Notes under the pieces: generated by a model
What the model was told of the DNA's origin: nothing
The model's input: the letters and a program-made list of their open reading frames with translations, nothing else
Database searches by the model: none
Shown: piece by piece, positions 12,519 to 25,159 of the stretch
Numbering within the stretch: position 1 is the first letter of the stretch
Layout of the letters: every line of letters starts with the position of its first letter
Position numbers and translations under genes: made by a program
Assembly: GCF_004010195.1 (NCBI RefSeq)
Contig: NC_057718.1
Location: forward strand, 33,813,851 to 33,857,811
Direction: 5' to 3'
Source: Chiloscyllium plagiosum
Lineage: Eukaryota
Length of the DNA stretch: 43,961 nt

Positions 12519-13599
12519 TCTGTAATGTAGATGGTTTTCAAGAAGTCAATATTTCCCCAAGTTCTTTATCTTTCTTTGTCTTTCTATTAATTTCGTATCT
12601 CTTCCATCTTCTTTTTGATCTTTAAGGAGCCCTTTTTCTCCCTAGTTCCTCTTTTGCCCTTAATATACTTGTAGAATCTCTTTGGATTATCCTTCCCTTT
12701 ACAGGCTATCTGATATCCCCGTTCTGCCCTCCTGATTGCCCTATTAACAGTGCTCCCACCGTCCTTATACTCGTCAGAGATTCACTTGATCCCAGTTGTC
12801 TATACCTGACATGCCTCTTCCTTATTCTTGACCAGAATCTCAATATCTCTCTTCATGCATTGTTCCCTGTTCTTGCAAGTCTTACCCTTCACTGTAACAG
12901 GAACATACTTCTCTGAACTCTTGTTATCTCACTTTTGAAGGCTTCCTACTTGCCAGTCATCCCTTTATCTGCAAACAGTCTACTCCAATCAACTTTTCTG
13001 TAGAGTAGAAATAAGGCTCTCTAATGGGAGGATAAATATATCTGAATATAATAGTTAGAGGGACTTACGGTTAACAGCAGTAAAATATTGCCTTTTCTGG
13101 AGCATTTCCAATCTTTAAGTATCTCAAAGTTGCTTTGTTCCTGATTGTTCGTGGTGCGGAAGAGAATAAAAAACCTCCAACATAATAAATGTTAGGCATT
13201 TATCAAGTGTAGTGACAAGTCAAGCATTTCTTATTATTTGATGTCTATGAAGTAAGAATATTAAGATCAGCTCATTAGCATTTTAATACCTTCTGTCCCT
13301 TTCCTTTTTTTTATTTTTCAGTAATACACTGTGTTTTTAGAACGTAGATTTTTTAAAATGCCTTTCGTTTGTGGAAAAATGGCCAAAGAAATACCTGAAA
13401 TGTGACTGGTAGTGACTCAGCTTGTGTTTCTAATGAAGGTACAATTTAGAAGAACAAAATAGTTCTTAATTTTACTTCTATAAACTCACTAGCAGACAAT
13501 TGTATCTTGCAATGAATATATTATAGTTATTATTTGAAATTTTAATTTTTACCTTAAGATTTGAAAGCCATGGTGTTGTAGATGAATGTTTTGTAAAAG

Positions 13600-13825
13600 C
13601 TGATGGTCTGTGCTGATGCAGTATCTTTATCTCAAAATGCTCATCCTTGTATTTAAAGACCTCATCCACCTCCATGATCTAACCCTTTTCGATCTCTGCA
13701 ATCTCCCCTGGACTTCTATCATGACCTGATAATTCTACAATACACTAATTCTGACCTTTTGAACATATCAATTTTAATCTCCCGACCATTGGTAGCCATC
13801 AGCTATCAAAACGGCAAGCTCTGGG
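13600..13825 (+). mobile_element. Old L2 3' fragment
   Basis: aaaatgctcatccttgtatttaaagacctc..ctccatg..atctctgcaatctcc resembles other L2 3' pieces in this window. Confidence 0.5.
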
Positions 13826-13834
13826 TTTAACAAG

Positions 13835-15150
13835 AAAGAGAAATTCTAAGCATTACAAGTATAAAAGAAAGTGTTGGAATTTGATGGAACTATGTGATGA
13901 CACACCTATTGCATCTAACAATTATATCCTAAGGTCTTAAAAGAGGCAGCTGCACCAATACATTTATTTTGATCATCCAGTATTCCCTGCTTGAACAATT
14001 CCTCAGCATTGCAAGGTAGCAAGCACTACCTCAGTTTTTACAACAGGATGAAAATGAAATAGAGCAGGCAACCATCTGCCAATTTACTTATCAATGGTAG
14101 GCTATTTTGAAATGACAGCTTTGTTTAGTCAAATCATGTTTACTTGGAATTCTTTGAGATAACAGAGCAGGTTGGTAAGGGTAATGCAGTTGATGTGGTG
14201 CACATGGACATCCAAATGGTGTTTGATAAAGTATCACACATTTATACATAGATTGAAATTTTATGATGGGGTCAAAATCATAGTTCAGACTAAGTAGAGA
14301 GTGAAAAACTGTTCCTGTTGACATAAACATCAAGAATCAGGAGACAGGAAACAGTGAGTAAGAATAAAAATTGAATATCTTTGTTTGCAGGCTGTAGCTG
14401 ACAGAGCATCAGAAAATGACTATTTGCTTAGCTTTTTACAATCATATTAATGACTTTGATGAGGGAACCCCGTGTAGTTACTCCATGTTTGCTGATTCAA
14501 AGTTAGATGAGGAGGACACAAAGGTTGCAGAGGGATATAAACAGATTGGAGAAGCGGACAAAAAACATGGAAGATGAAATATAGTATGACAAAGTGAATG
14601 TTATCTTCTCTGCTAAAGGAAATAAAGAAGCACAATATTTTTAAAAATTGGAACTGTGCATTCAGAACAACCTGGATGACCTTGTACCTGAATCAAAGGA
14701 AATGAACATGCAAATACAAAAAGCAATTAGGAAGACATTATGCGGGAACGTTTGTTCTAAAACAATTAGGTTACAAGAGTAAAGAAGCCTTTCTACACTC
14801 ATATTTTGGGCATTGATGTGATTGTACATATGTGCAACTTAGGTTTCTTAGATACTGAAATCTAAGCAAATACCTACTTACTGGAGAAGAAATGCAACAG
14901 CAGTTCATTAGATTGATTTCTGGGATGAGAGCACTGCCTTTAGAGGCAATTCTTTCTCTGTGGTCTAAATTTTTGAAATTTTCTGCTTGAGAACAATGGG
15001 TGCTCAGCTTTTGAGTAAACTAATTTTAGATGGTGACAGAATTTGGGTATTGAGGGACATAGCAATATACAGAAAGTTTAGAGGTAGAAGTTTGGCAGAG
15101 GAAAAACCGTTTCTTTCAGTGGTTGGGATCTGGAATATGCTTCCTGAGAC
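13835..15150 (+). mobile_element. Highly decayed CR1 RT and 3' region
   Basis: DVVHMDIQMVFDKVSH (VYMDFQKAFDKVPH-like) at about 14192; SMFADSKL (KFADDTKL-like) at about 14482; VVGIWNMLPE at about 15120. Confidence 0.8.
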
Positions 15151-15460
15151 AGAGAAACACATGGCCAGGCGTGGTCTGTCTTTGCCGAGTTGTTAATTTG
15201 ACTGAAAAGAAGTCTTGAGAGAAAAAGATAATTTTCAACAGTAACTTTCTTATTATTGATCTGTTCAGAGGTTGATTTCTTGGGTGAGCTTGAAGATGCG
15301 CCAGGCTACAGGAGACATCCTTGTTTCTCTTTCAAGTTACTACAATTAGGATTTTAGCTGTTTAGTTGACTATAGCAGTCACCTAGCTTTGCTTGCCAGA
15401 CGTTCTCTCTGTGATAGAATTCTGTCTGTCTTGCAGTTTGAATTTTTCTGCTACTGTATA

Positions 15461-15664
15461 CAGAGGAACCTCGATTATCCGAATACCAGTTATCTGAAAA
15501 TCGGATTATCCAAAGGAGATCTTGAGGTACCAACAGAAACATTACATCAAAGATGTGTGTCCAACACTGATCGCGTCTTTTGTTTACAGTGATTAAAAGT
15601 GCTGCCGAGAACAGTCCTGGACTGATAGGAGCATAGGCACCATCTCTAAATGACTGACCTCCCA

Positions 15665-15727
<63 letters not shown>

Positions 15728-16071
15728 GTTCTACACAGATGTGTACCCTAAACCCCTCTTCCCCAGATAATTTCTCTAACATTGTCTTATACAGGACAAA
15801 GGTGGAATCTATCAAAACCCCTCCCCCTCAAAAGGCAGTAGCAGCAGCAGCAATCTTGTTGTCCAGTCCAGCTGCCCTGGTGGGGGTGGTGTTGGATGGG
15901 GTTTTGGGCGGTGTTGGGGCAGGGGCAGCACACTGTGCTGCTCCTAGTCTCCTGAACAGGGAGCAAACTTAATAGAAAACCCAGATGAAAAGCATTGAAT
16001 TGATTAACTGAATAATCAATTATCAATGAAATAGTGCCCACCCATCGTTCTGAAAATCGAGGTTTCCCCTG
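15461..16071. mobile_element. Non-autonomous Tigger/pogo-like DNA transposon (MITE)
   Basis: Left TA|CAGAGGAACCTCGATTATCCGAA; right TTCTGAAAATCGAGGTTTCCCCTG is its imperfect reverse complement; no transposase ORF. Confidence 0.8.
15669..15724 (+). repeat. (CT)28 microsatellite inside the MITE
   Basis: Perfect CT run seen directly. Confidence 0.97.
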
Positions 16072-16137
16072 TTTCTCTTGGCAGGGAGTAGAGATGGCTG
16101 CCTTACCCATATGACATTATAACAAATGTTGAGAATG

Positions 16138-16271
16138 ATTCCTGATAAAGTGCTTTTGCCTGGAACATCGATCTTCCTGCTCCTCAGATGCTGCCTGACC
16201 TGCTGTGATTTTCCAGCACCACTCTAATCTTGACTCTAATCTCCGGCATATGCAGTACCCACTTCTGCCTA
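16138..16271 (+). mobile_element. Short PLE-terminal element (family A) with degenerate hammerhead core
   Basis: attcCTGATAAagtgcttttgcctGGAACatcgat...gatgctgcctgacctgctgtg...ctccggcatatgcagt. Confidence 0.8.
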
Positions 16272-17129
16272 GTTTTTCATCCATGTCCTACCTGTGGTTT
16301 TATTTGGCTGAAACCTGCTGTTTTTTAACAAATCAATCAGTATTTTTACTCCAAAGTATACCTGACCAAAGCCACAGTGTGTCATAACCAAATAAAATAT
16401 TAAATTTGTCCTCATAAGAGATGAGACAGTTTGGTCCACAAAATCGTCATGTAGTTCTTGGAAGCCATCTTAAGGAAGTCTTTTTTAAAATGTAGTCTTA
16501 AAATATAATTGTAGAATTACAATATCTTCATTCATGGAATAACACTGACAATCTAACATGAAGCATGAGCAACACAAACAAAAGTAGTTTCTATCACATG
16601 GCAAGCCATTATCTTTGGGATGGAGAAGATGCAGATAAACTCACTGCCATAACACGCAAAATTCGCAGTTGCTCTCTGTTTCGTAACGAGAGCGTAGAGA
16701 TTCAACAATTTTCAGTGTTTCCTGGAATCAGTGAGAATTTAATGTCTTACATGCATATTGGATGACAGAGGCAATTTAATCTGGTGAGCAGGAGCAGGTA
16801 TGGACTGCATCACCTTGCATAACCTCCACCCAGTTAATTCCATGGCAGGATACTTGCCGTTCAGCCCTGGGGCCATTTGAGCCCTTTACATAGCAATTAA
16901 GACCCACTAAAGGGCATCATCCTGACACCACTGGTACTAACTAAGTAGCAGGCAGGAAACACATCAAACAAACCGTATGAGGTAGCTTATAGAATTATAG
17001 TGAGTGCAGGGGTTAGGAGTAATCTCTTCAAATCAATGTTTTAACTGCTACTGCAAAAGAGCAAGTTACAAATAAAAAATGTGTCACAGCAATTTTTAAA
17101 ACTTCCTTGCAGGCTGCTTATTTTTACCT

Positions 17130-17298
17130 CCATAGTATAACTTTGCTCCATTCTTGTTTCATCTCTTCTAATGGATAAACTCTCATCCGTGAGTTTATCT
17201 CCACACTATTCTAATGCACTCCTGGCTGACCTTCCACATTCTACCTTCCACAAACTTAACTTCTCCAAAGCTTTGCTGCCTATGTTCTAAATGCAACT
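17130..17298 (+). mobile_element. Old L2 fragment
   Basis: aaactctcatcc..ctattctaatgcactcctggctgaccttccacattctacc encodes YSNALLADLPHST. Confidence 0.7.
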
Positions 17299-17302
17299 CG
17301 CC

Positions 17303-17345
17303 CAGTGGTTCCCAACCTTTTCAATAACATGGAACACTTCACTGA
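17303..17345. mobile_element. Possible hAT/Charlie-type terminus (single TIR)
   Basis: CAGTGGTTCCCAACCTTTT; no partner TIR found. Confidence 0.4.
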
Positions 17346-17514
17346 AATAAACAATTCTACTATCCTTTAAATTTTCTTCTTTGGTCATATGAGTCTAGAA
17401 TGTTTATGTTTTGAAATCAAATGAAAATATTGTACTTTTAATTTGATGATTAACTCTCACAAATTTTATGAGTTATAATTTTGGTTGGATAGAATATCTT
17501 TTGAGACAGCAAAA

Positions 17515-20500
17515 AATAGGAACACGAGTAGGCCATTTATCTTGTCAAGCCTGTCTCTCCTATTCAGTAATATCATGGCTGATCTGGCACTCCTGATGGC
17601 CACTTCCCTGTCCTTTCCCCTTAATTCCTGATTCCCCAACTGATCAAAAATCAAACTATCTTTGCCTTAAATATATACAAGGTATCTGGCCCCACAGCTC
17701 TCTATGGCAAGGAGTTCCAAAGACTTAGTCATATGACAGAAGAGATTCCTCTTCATCTCAGTCTTAAATTGGCATACCTTAATTCTGAGAATCTGCCTGG
17801 TCCTAGACTCTCCCACGAGGGATAACATTCTGTCAGTAATTATTCTGTCAATCCCATTGAGAATCCTGTATGTCTCAATAAGATCACCTCTCATTCTTCT
17901 AAATTCCAATGAGTAAAGTCCCAACCCGTTTAACCTTTGTTCATAACCTTTGTTTCAATCCAGGAATCATCCTAGTAAACCTTCTGTGAACTGCCTCCAT
18001 TGAAGTATCTTTCCTTAAATAAGAAGATCAAAACTGCACACAGTACTGCAGATGTGGTCTCACCACAACTTGTACAGTTGCAGTAAGACTTCCCTGCTCT
18101 TATATTCCAAACTCTTTGAAATAAGGGCCAATATCCCACTAGCCTTTATGACTACCCACTGCACTTGTGTGCTAGCTTTCTGTGTTTTGGGCACAAGCAC
18201 CTCCAAATCCCTTTGTGTTGCAGCTTTCCACAGTCTATCTCTGTCTAAATAATACTCTGTTCTTTTGTTCTCCTTTCCAAAATGAACAACTTCACATTTC
18301 CTCACATCATAATACATTTACCAACTTTTTGCCCATTTAACCTATCATATCTCTCTCCTGTTCCATGTCTAAAAGCCAATTCTCTATCCATACTAACATA
18401 CTACCTTCAAAACAATGGTCTCTTATGATCTGAGCTTTTGTGCTGCACCTTGTTGAACGCCTTCTGGAAGTCCACAACACATCTACTGGTTCCCCTTTTT
18501 CCACTCTGGTTGAAACTTACTTGAAAATCTCTAATAAATTAGTCAGCAATAATTTACTTCTCATGAAGCCATGCTGCTTGATTAGGTTGATTTTCCAAAT
18601 GTTTGCTGTTTCTTCCTGAAAAGTTGATTCCAATATTTTTCCAACAATAGATGTTTGATTAATTGGCCCATAGTTACTAATTTATTGTCTCCCTTCCTTT
18701 GGAATAATGGTGTCATGTTGGTAGTTTTCTAATTCACTGGTATTTCTCCAGAATCCATGGATGTTTGGAAAATTACAACCAGTGCATCCACTATCTCTGC
18801 AACTACCTCTTTTAGGATCTGGGGACTCACCTATCTTCAGCTCTATTAGTTTGTGTAATACTACTACTCTAGTGATGTGATAGTACTTAAGTACTCTCCT
18901 ACATTCTTCAGTATTAATGGGATGTTCTTAGTGTCTTCCGTGTAAAAACTGGAGCAAAATATTTGTTTAACTCCTCTGCCATTTTCTTGTTCCCATGACT
19001 ACTCAGATTAATTTTCTAAGGGGGCTATGTTCATTTTGATTTCTCATCCTTTTCATACATGGAAAGAAGGTTTTGTCAGTTTTTATATTCCTCACTCATA
19101 ATTTATTTTCTCTCACTGTATTATCCTTTTAGTCTTCCTTTGTTGAATTCTAAATTTATCACCATCTTCCAGGCAATCACTGACTTTTGCTCCTTACTTG
19201 CTTTTTCTTTCAATTTAATATTTTCTTTAACTTTGTTGGTTATCCATAGTAGTTTATTTCGCCCTTAGAATCTTTCCTCCTTGTTGGTGTATGTTTTTGC
19301 TGACAGTCACAAATTGCTTCCTTAAATGTCTGTCACAGCTTGCCTACTGTCTTTCCTTCTAATCTGTCCGCTCAGTCCACTTTAGATAATTCTATCCTCG
19401 TTTCACTGTAACTCCCTTTATTTAAGTCAAACATCATTGTTTCTGAACCAAGTTTCTCACTCTCATTGATTATTAAATTCCATCACATTACAATCACTGC
19501 TTCTGAGTGAATCTTTTACTCTGAGGTCATCTCTTAAACTTTACTAACCATTACCAGATCCAAGATAGCCTGGTTGGCTGCATGACATATTGCTCTGGGA
19601 AACTGTGCCTTATGAATTCTTTGTCCCTGTCATGATTTGGTAGCTGAAATGTGAGACTGTTTTTTTCCCTGAGCTGCTGTTTCTCACTGAGTGGTAGTTG
19701 AGCCAGCCAACCCAACCCCACCCCACCCCATGACTCCTTCCGCCATTTTAGAGAGCAATAAATAGTTGACCACATTGCTATAGGTCTGCATTCACATGTC
19801 ACCCAGAGCAAATACAGACAGCAGATGTTCTTCACCGAAGAGCATTAGTATTTTTGTGACAATCAACAATGATTACATGGTTGGCATTAGACTAGCTTTT
19901 AATTCCAGATTTTATTGAATTCCTATTTCTCCATCTGCTAAAGCAGGATTCAGACCCATGTCTCCAGTACATTAGACCGGGTCTCTGAATCACTTGTCCA
20001 GTGACTTTCCCACTGCACAACCATCTCTCTTTAAAAGTGTATGGGAAACTATTCCCTAATGTACTCTGTGAATTCATTTTCATAGCTACCTTTTCTAATC
20101 CAAATAATCCATTCGACATGAAGATTAAAGTCACCCATAATTACTGCTCTATTCTTTTTACATAGTCTATTGTTAGCTGATTTGCAGCCTTTCCTATGGA
20201 GTGGCTACTGTTTGGAGGGTTATATACTACTCCCACCAATGTCTTTGCCTTACTGTCTTTTAACCTTCTCCCGTATGGACTCTTGCACCATTCGCGCCTA
20301 GATCATCTGTCACGACTGTCCTCATTTTTTTCTCTTATTAACACTGCCACACCACCACCTTTTTCCTTCCCTCCTGTCTTTCTGTAAGGTCAAATATCCC
20401 TGAATGTTAAATTCCAGTTTAGAGTTCATCATAACCATGCCTCTGTAATGGCTATGAAATCATATCCATTTACCGCGATTTGTACCATCAGTTAATCTGC

Positions 20501-20600
20501 CGATACTGAATGCTTTGTGCACTAAGATACAAAGCCTTGAGGTTCGCTCTGTTATCAAATTTCCCAACATGTTTATGGTTCCTTTGTGTGATATAGTGTT
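17515..20600 (-). mobile_element. Old CR1 LINE spanning EN, RT and 3' end, interrupted at 19623-20042
   Basis: GLYSLEFRRMRGDLIETYRIL (17667-17924); KCEVVHFGKEN..QRDLEVLV (18060-18317); MGDFNLH at about 20120-20140; IAITEAW at about 20435-20455. Confidence 0.9.
19623..20042 (-). mobile_element. Decayed tRNA-derived SINE plus flank, copy 1
   Basis: Minus strand head gagagatggttgtgcagtggg..cactggacaagtgattcagagacc..gggtctgaatcc; colinear with 28401-28842. Confidence 0.75.
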
Positions 20601-20769
20601 TACATGTTCTGTCCTGTTCTTTTACTTTCTGGTATCAGTAAGCCCCACCAATAACTTGCAATGCTAGATGAACAGTGAGGGTGGGTTCAGCTGCATGGAA
20701 AATTAGAAAATTTATTTGTTATATATTGATATTCATTACCTTTGTACAACATTTCACAGTACACTTGGA

Positions 20770-21070
20770 CAGTTTTCACTGCACTGAGCCATCACCCTCC
20801 ATAGGCTCTTGATTAATGCCTCTATTTTAGAATTCCCATTGTGGTTTTCAAATCACTCCATTGTTTGTCCCTCCCATCTCTATAATTGAACCATCCCTAT
20901 AGAATTCCAAAATTTCAACATTCTCCAGATTCAGGCATCTTGGAAATGCTTAATTTTATTCCCAGTAGGATTGGTTTCTATGTCCTCCATTGCCTAGTTC
21001 CCAATTTGGAATTTTCTCCACCTTTCCATCTCTGTATTTCACTTTCTTCTGTAAGTCATTCAATAAAAGA
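20770..21070 (+). mobile_element. Old L2 3' fragment
   Basis: gttttcaaatcactccattg..ccctcccatctctataa..tggaattttctcc. Confidence 0.5.
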
Positions 21071-21161
21071 AACAAGATTTTCTCTAAGTTAAATTGACTA
21101 GAAATAGTGCAAATGTTGGAAACCTGAAATAAATGTACTAAACCATACAAATACTCGCCAG

Positions 21162-21712
21162 TGTTATGACACTGGGTAAACCCCTCTGCTGATTTAAAAC
21201 CAGCATCACAGAAAAGATTTATCCACTGCGTTAATCTATGAAAATTCAATAGGCCAAGAACTAGTTAAAGTACAAATTAACAACTTTATTTCTTAAAGTA
21301 TAACAGGGAATAATTAACTAACAACTATTTACACTTCCTTCCTCTAACCTATCTTTTACTTCCCCTCCACAATACTAGTTCGATAAAACCCCCCAATTAA
21401 GATTTACAAAACAGAACTTCTTATTTCAGAACCAGGCAGCTTTCAGTTTTCTCTGAATTCCTGTCTTTTCTTCTTCTTGCAGATTCTGCTTCAGAGGTCA
21501 CTGATCGGTAAAGGTACCTTTGAAGAGAGCTTTCTTTTTTGGGCAGTCTTTTTACATGCTGATGGCTTGGCAGTTCTCCTCTCAACTGTTCAACTTTCCC
21601 CAGTCTTGTATCCCTTTTAAGATTGTCAATATACTAAATTAAAACTGGATTGGAGTTTGGTTTTTTGGGGTATAAATTAAACTGATTGGCCTTATTTGAA
21701 TCTGTTATTTGA
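21162..21712. mobile_element. Possible truncated LTR remnant
   Basis: Starts TGTTATGACA; TTTATT (minus-strand AATAAA) at about 21286; no partner terminus or TSD found. Confidence 0.35.
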
Positions 21713-22214
21713 CCAGTCAAAAGTGCAGTGCATTTGTGTAGCGGCAACAAACATGAGAAATCTTTTTGACCATCAATAGAATGCATGTACAAATGTATTA
21801 TTTAAAGTCCCTCATCCTCAGTCTGTGTACCATTGTGTATTGTTACAATAGATACAACTAATAGGATGCTTAAACATTCCTCATGAAGGGCTTATGCCCG
21901 GAACGTCAATTCTCCTGCTCCTCGGATGCTGCCTGACCTGCTGTGCGCTTCCACGCCACACTTTTCAACTCTGACCTCCAGCATCTGCAGGCCTCACTTT
22001 CTCCTGCTTAAACATTAGTCAAATTTACCCCATGTCACATATAGGAAATTAGTGTTAGTTGAGAAATGAGGGTGAACTACTTTTATAGTTACAAGTGGTT
22101 AGATCATTGCCCGTTAAAATACAGATTACTTTCAAAGGTTTTTTGCAAAGTAAAACTGCCCAGTCAAAAGTACAGTGCATTTGTGTAGTGGCAACAAACA
22201 TGAGAAATCTTTTT
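21713..22214 (+). repeat. 55-bp direct repeat pair (21713-21767 and 22160-22214)
   Basis: ccagtcaaaagt(g/a)cagtgcatttgtgtag(c/t)ggcaacaaacatgagaaatcttttt; 2 mismatches. Confidence 0.92.
21879..22004 (+). mobile_element. Short PLE-terminal element (family A) with mutated hammerhead core and 12-bp TSD
   Basis: cCTCATGAagggcttatgcccGGAACGTC; flanked by tgcttaaacatt at 21867-21878 and 22005-22016. Confidence 0.88.
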
Positions 22215-23844
22215 TCACGTTGTCATCATCATATATTTTCTAGTGATGGAAATAGAATATTATCAATTTGGAACCTTATGCAATAAAATTGTGAAACTTG
22301 CTTTGAATCCTGTAAAATGAAGCAAAGTTACAGTGGTGTTTTCTTTCCAATTTTTATTTTCAAAAAATATCTATTCATTACATGAAAACTTTTCTTTGAT
22401 AATTATATTTATCCAATTTTGACATTCTAATTATGCATTTTTATGTGCCTCCAGCTCAGTCCTGTGTGTGGCATACTTTGGTCAGAGCTGCTGGTAAATT
22501 ATTGGAGCCAAGTGGTCCTTACCCACCATTTTCGAACAGTTGAGATCCTTTAATTTATTCGAAATCCTGGTTCAAAATAATAAATAGATTTATTAACATG
22601 CCTACAGCTCTGTTTGCTTTAATTATATGTACACTATAAATATTCACATTCCTGTGTGCTAAATTAGAACAACCCTTGGACTGTTCTACTCTGACCCTTC
22701 TAAGTATTCTGACATCACTGTAGTTGTACCTACCCCTGTGATCAGTTATAGAATTCAATGTGGGGGCATAGACATTTTAGAATTGCAATAAAACACTCCA
22801 ATGTGCAAAATGATCACCATTTACAGGAACATTAAAATAAGCACTTAACCATACTGGCAATTAAAATTATTGGTGTTTTTTTTAAAATTGCCAGTTAACA
22901 CATATGCTTAACTCTGCTGAATGTTGTAATTTACATTATAAAGTTATTTCTTTGGCTCCTAGCCTCCTTAAAAAGCAATTTCTAGAAACAGGGAGCAGCA
23001 GTTCGTTGTTTTAACAGACTTTGAAAGTTGCTTTCCTTTACAGGCAGCCTATTAATTCTTGTGAAAATGAAAAGCTTGGAAAAATAAATGAATTGAAATT
23101 GCAATTTAAGTCAACAGAGCCAGTGAAGGCAGTGTTGCCCACGGTGCAATATGTTGCTAAATGTATTTCAGCTGTAGCCCATCTGTCAAGGTACTTGAAG
23201 CATAGCTCAAACAATGTGCACTCAGAAAGCAATTGGCAGTAATACGTACTGAGATTTACATCAGTTTGTCAGTACTAATTCCAGAGACTCTGGGGTCATT
23301 CTTCATTTGTATACAGAGTCCAAATAAAATATCAGATATTGCTAAGCTGAATCATTGGAATGCATGTGGGAAGCAAGTGGTGTATTTTTAACAGAGAGCT
23401 CACTAAAGCCTCAGCTGGAAGCATGACATTAAAATCCAATAGCAACAGAAACTAATCCCACTGGGGAACTTACTTGAATTGGAGTTTTGTTCCTGCTCCT
23501 TTAGCGTAGTTCAAACTAGGCAAGCAGGGGATGATAACCCTAGTGTGTTTTATGATGAAAGAGATCTGCTAGTGAAATATTAAGTAGATGTTATTTAGGA
23601 TATACCGGCATCTGCAATTATAATTGACAGTGCAGTGTAAAGGGTCTGTCCTGAATTGACTTGAAAGTTACAGTATATGCTTCGCTTGTCATTGTTTTAA
23701 CTCAGGATGGAGTAACAAAGATTATAATTTCCCAACATTTTGCAAAAGAGTTAACCACACAAAAAAGATACTGGAATGCTGAGCTCTTCACTGTGGTTGT
23801 TAATGTGCAGCACTATGTTCACTGGATTAACTGAATGTGCACCT

Positions 23845-24665
23845 CAAACATTTACAGTACAGAAATAGGCTATTTAGCCCAACATGTCTGTGCCAGTTGC
23901 CAAAGGTCTAACTACACTAATGCTATTTTCTAGCTCCCCCACCCTTTACCCTGGAGGCTACAGCAACGCAAGTGAGCATCTAAATACTGCTTAAACATTG
24001 CAAGAATTTCTGACCCAACCACCCTTTTGGGCACTAAATTCCAGACACCCATCACCTGAGTGGAAAAAAAAGCAATCTCCTCAACTCTCTCTGAGCCTTC
24101 CACCTATTAACTTAAATCAATGCTGCCTTGTTATTGGAAGATGTACCTTTCTATGCCCATCACAATTTAAAATTCCTCTTTCACGTCCTGTTTGATCCTT
24201 TGCTGCTCCAAGAAAAGCAACACATTCTATCCAGTATTTCCTCATAGCTCAGACTCACCAACCCAGGCAGCATCTTGGTAAACCTCCTCTGTCCCTCTGT
24301 AATGCAATCACATACCTCCTGTAACTTGTTTTAGATTAGCTTAAATTCCCTACAGTATGGAAACAGGCCCTTCGGCCCAACAAGTCCACACCGACCCTCC
24401 GAAGAGTAACCCACCCAGACCCATTCCCCTACCCTGTATTTACCTCTGACTTTGCAATTTAGCACAGCCAATCTACCTAACCTGCACATCTTTGGATTGT
24501 GGGAGGAAACCCACGCAGATACAGGGAGAATGTGCAAACTCCACAAAGACAGTTGCCCGAGGCGGAAATGGAACCTGGTGCTGTTAGGCAGCAGTGCTAA
24601 CCACTGAGCCACCGTGCCGCCCCACATACTTCATATGGCATAAAGACCAGAACTGCATGCTGTAT
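23845..24665 (-). mobile_element. Old CR1 3' part interrupted by HE1 SINE
   Basis: acagtacagaaataggctatttagccc tail; ccaggcagcatcttggtaaacctcctct; gaccagaactgcatg after the SINE. Confidence 0.8.
24330..24622 (-). mobile_element. HE1/V-SINE with internal deletions
   Basis: Minus strand begins GGGCGGCACGGTGGCTCAGTGGTTAGCACTGCTGCC; same tail as other copies. Confidence 0.92.
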
Positions 24666-25159
24666 TGCTGCTAGCATTACCACAGGCATTATTCTGGGTG
24701 AGATGGAGATGAGAAAAGTGTTCTTGGAAAACTTTATGGTAGATGGAGTTTTACACAAAAGTTGCCATCCTCCTCTCTTCTCAAAGCTTCTCTCTCTGTG
24801 GATACCACTCCTTTTCCAAACCTTGATTCAAAATAATTTGTGGATTCATAAAGTTCATTAAGTTTTGTGCATGCTTTTAATGATATGTGCATTATAAATA
24901 CACTCATTCCTACATGCTACTCTTGGAACATTCTGTGGACTGACCTCCTCTGATACTTGGAAACTTTCTGGACATTATACCTAACCAGTTGTTGTTTATA
25001 GAATTAACTGAGGGACATAGATATTTTCAAATTGCATGCTGCAGCCCGAGATGCATTACACAATGACAGCCTCAACTTTGTGCAAAGTGGGGTCATCAAG
25101 TCTTGTAGCATCCCTGTATGTGTAAAGCAGCTCTCCAAAAGACCTTCAACATCAATTTA

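Larger units (their letters stand above)
11520..12997 (-). mobile_element. CR1 LINE RT-region fragment with two nested insertions
   Basis: PEDWRVANIVPLFKKG (12002-12331 ORF), VGKLLEGILRDR..SQHGF, SGVPQG-like ggaacaccactggtcac. Confidence 0.92.

Noticed and set aside
15354..15815. 153-aa ORF with an ERERER run
   Set aside because: Translation of the (CT)n tract inside a MITE
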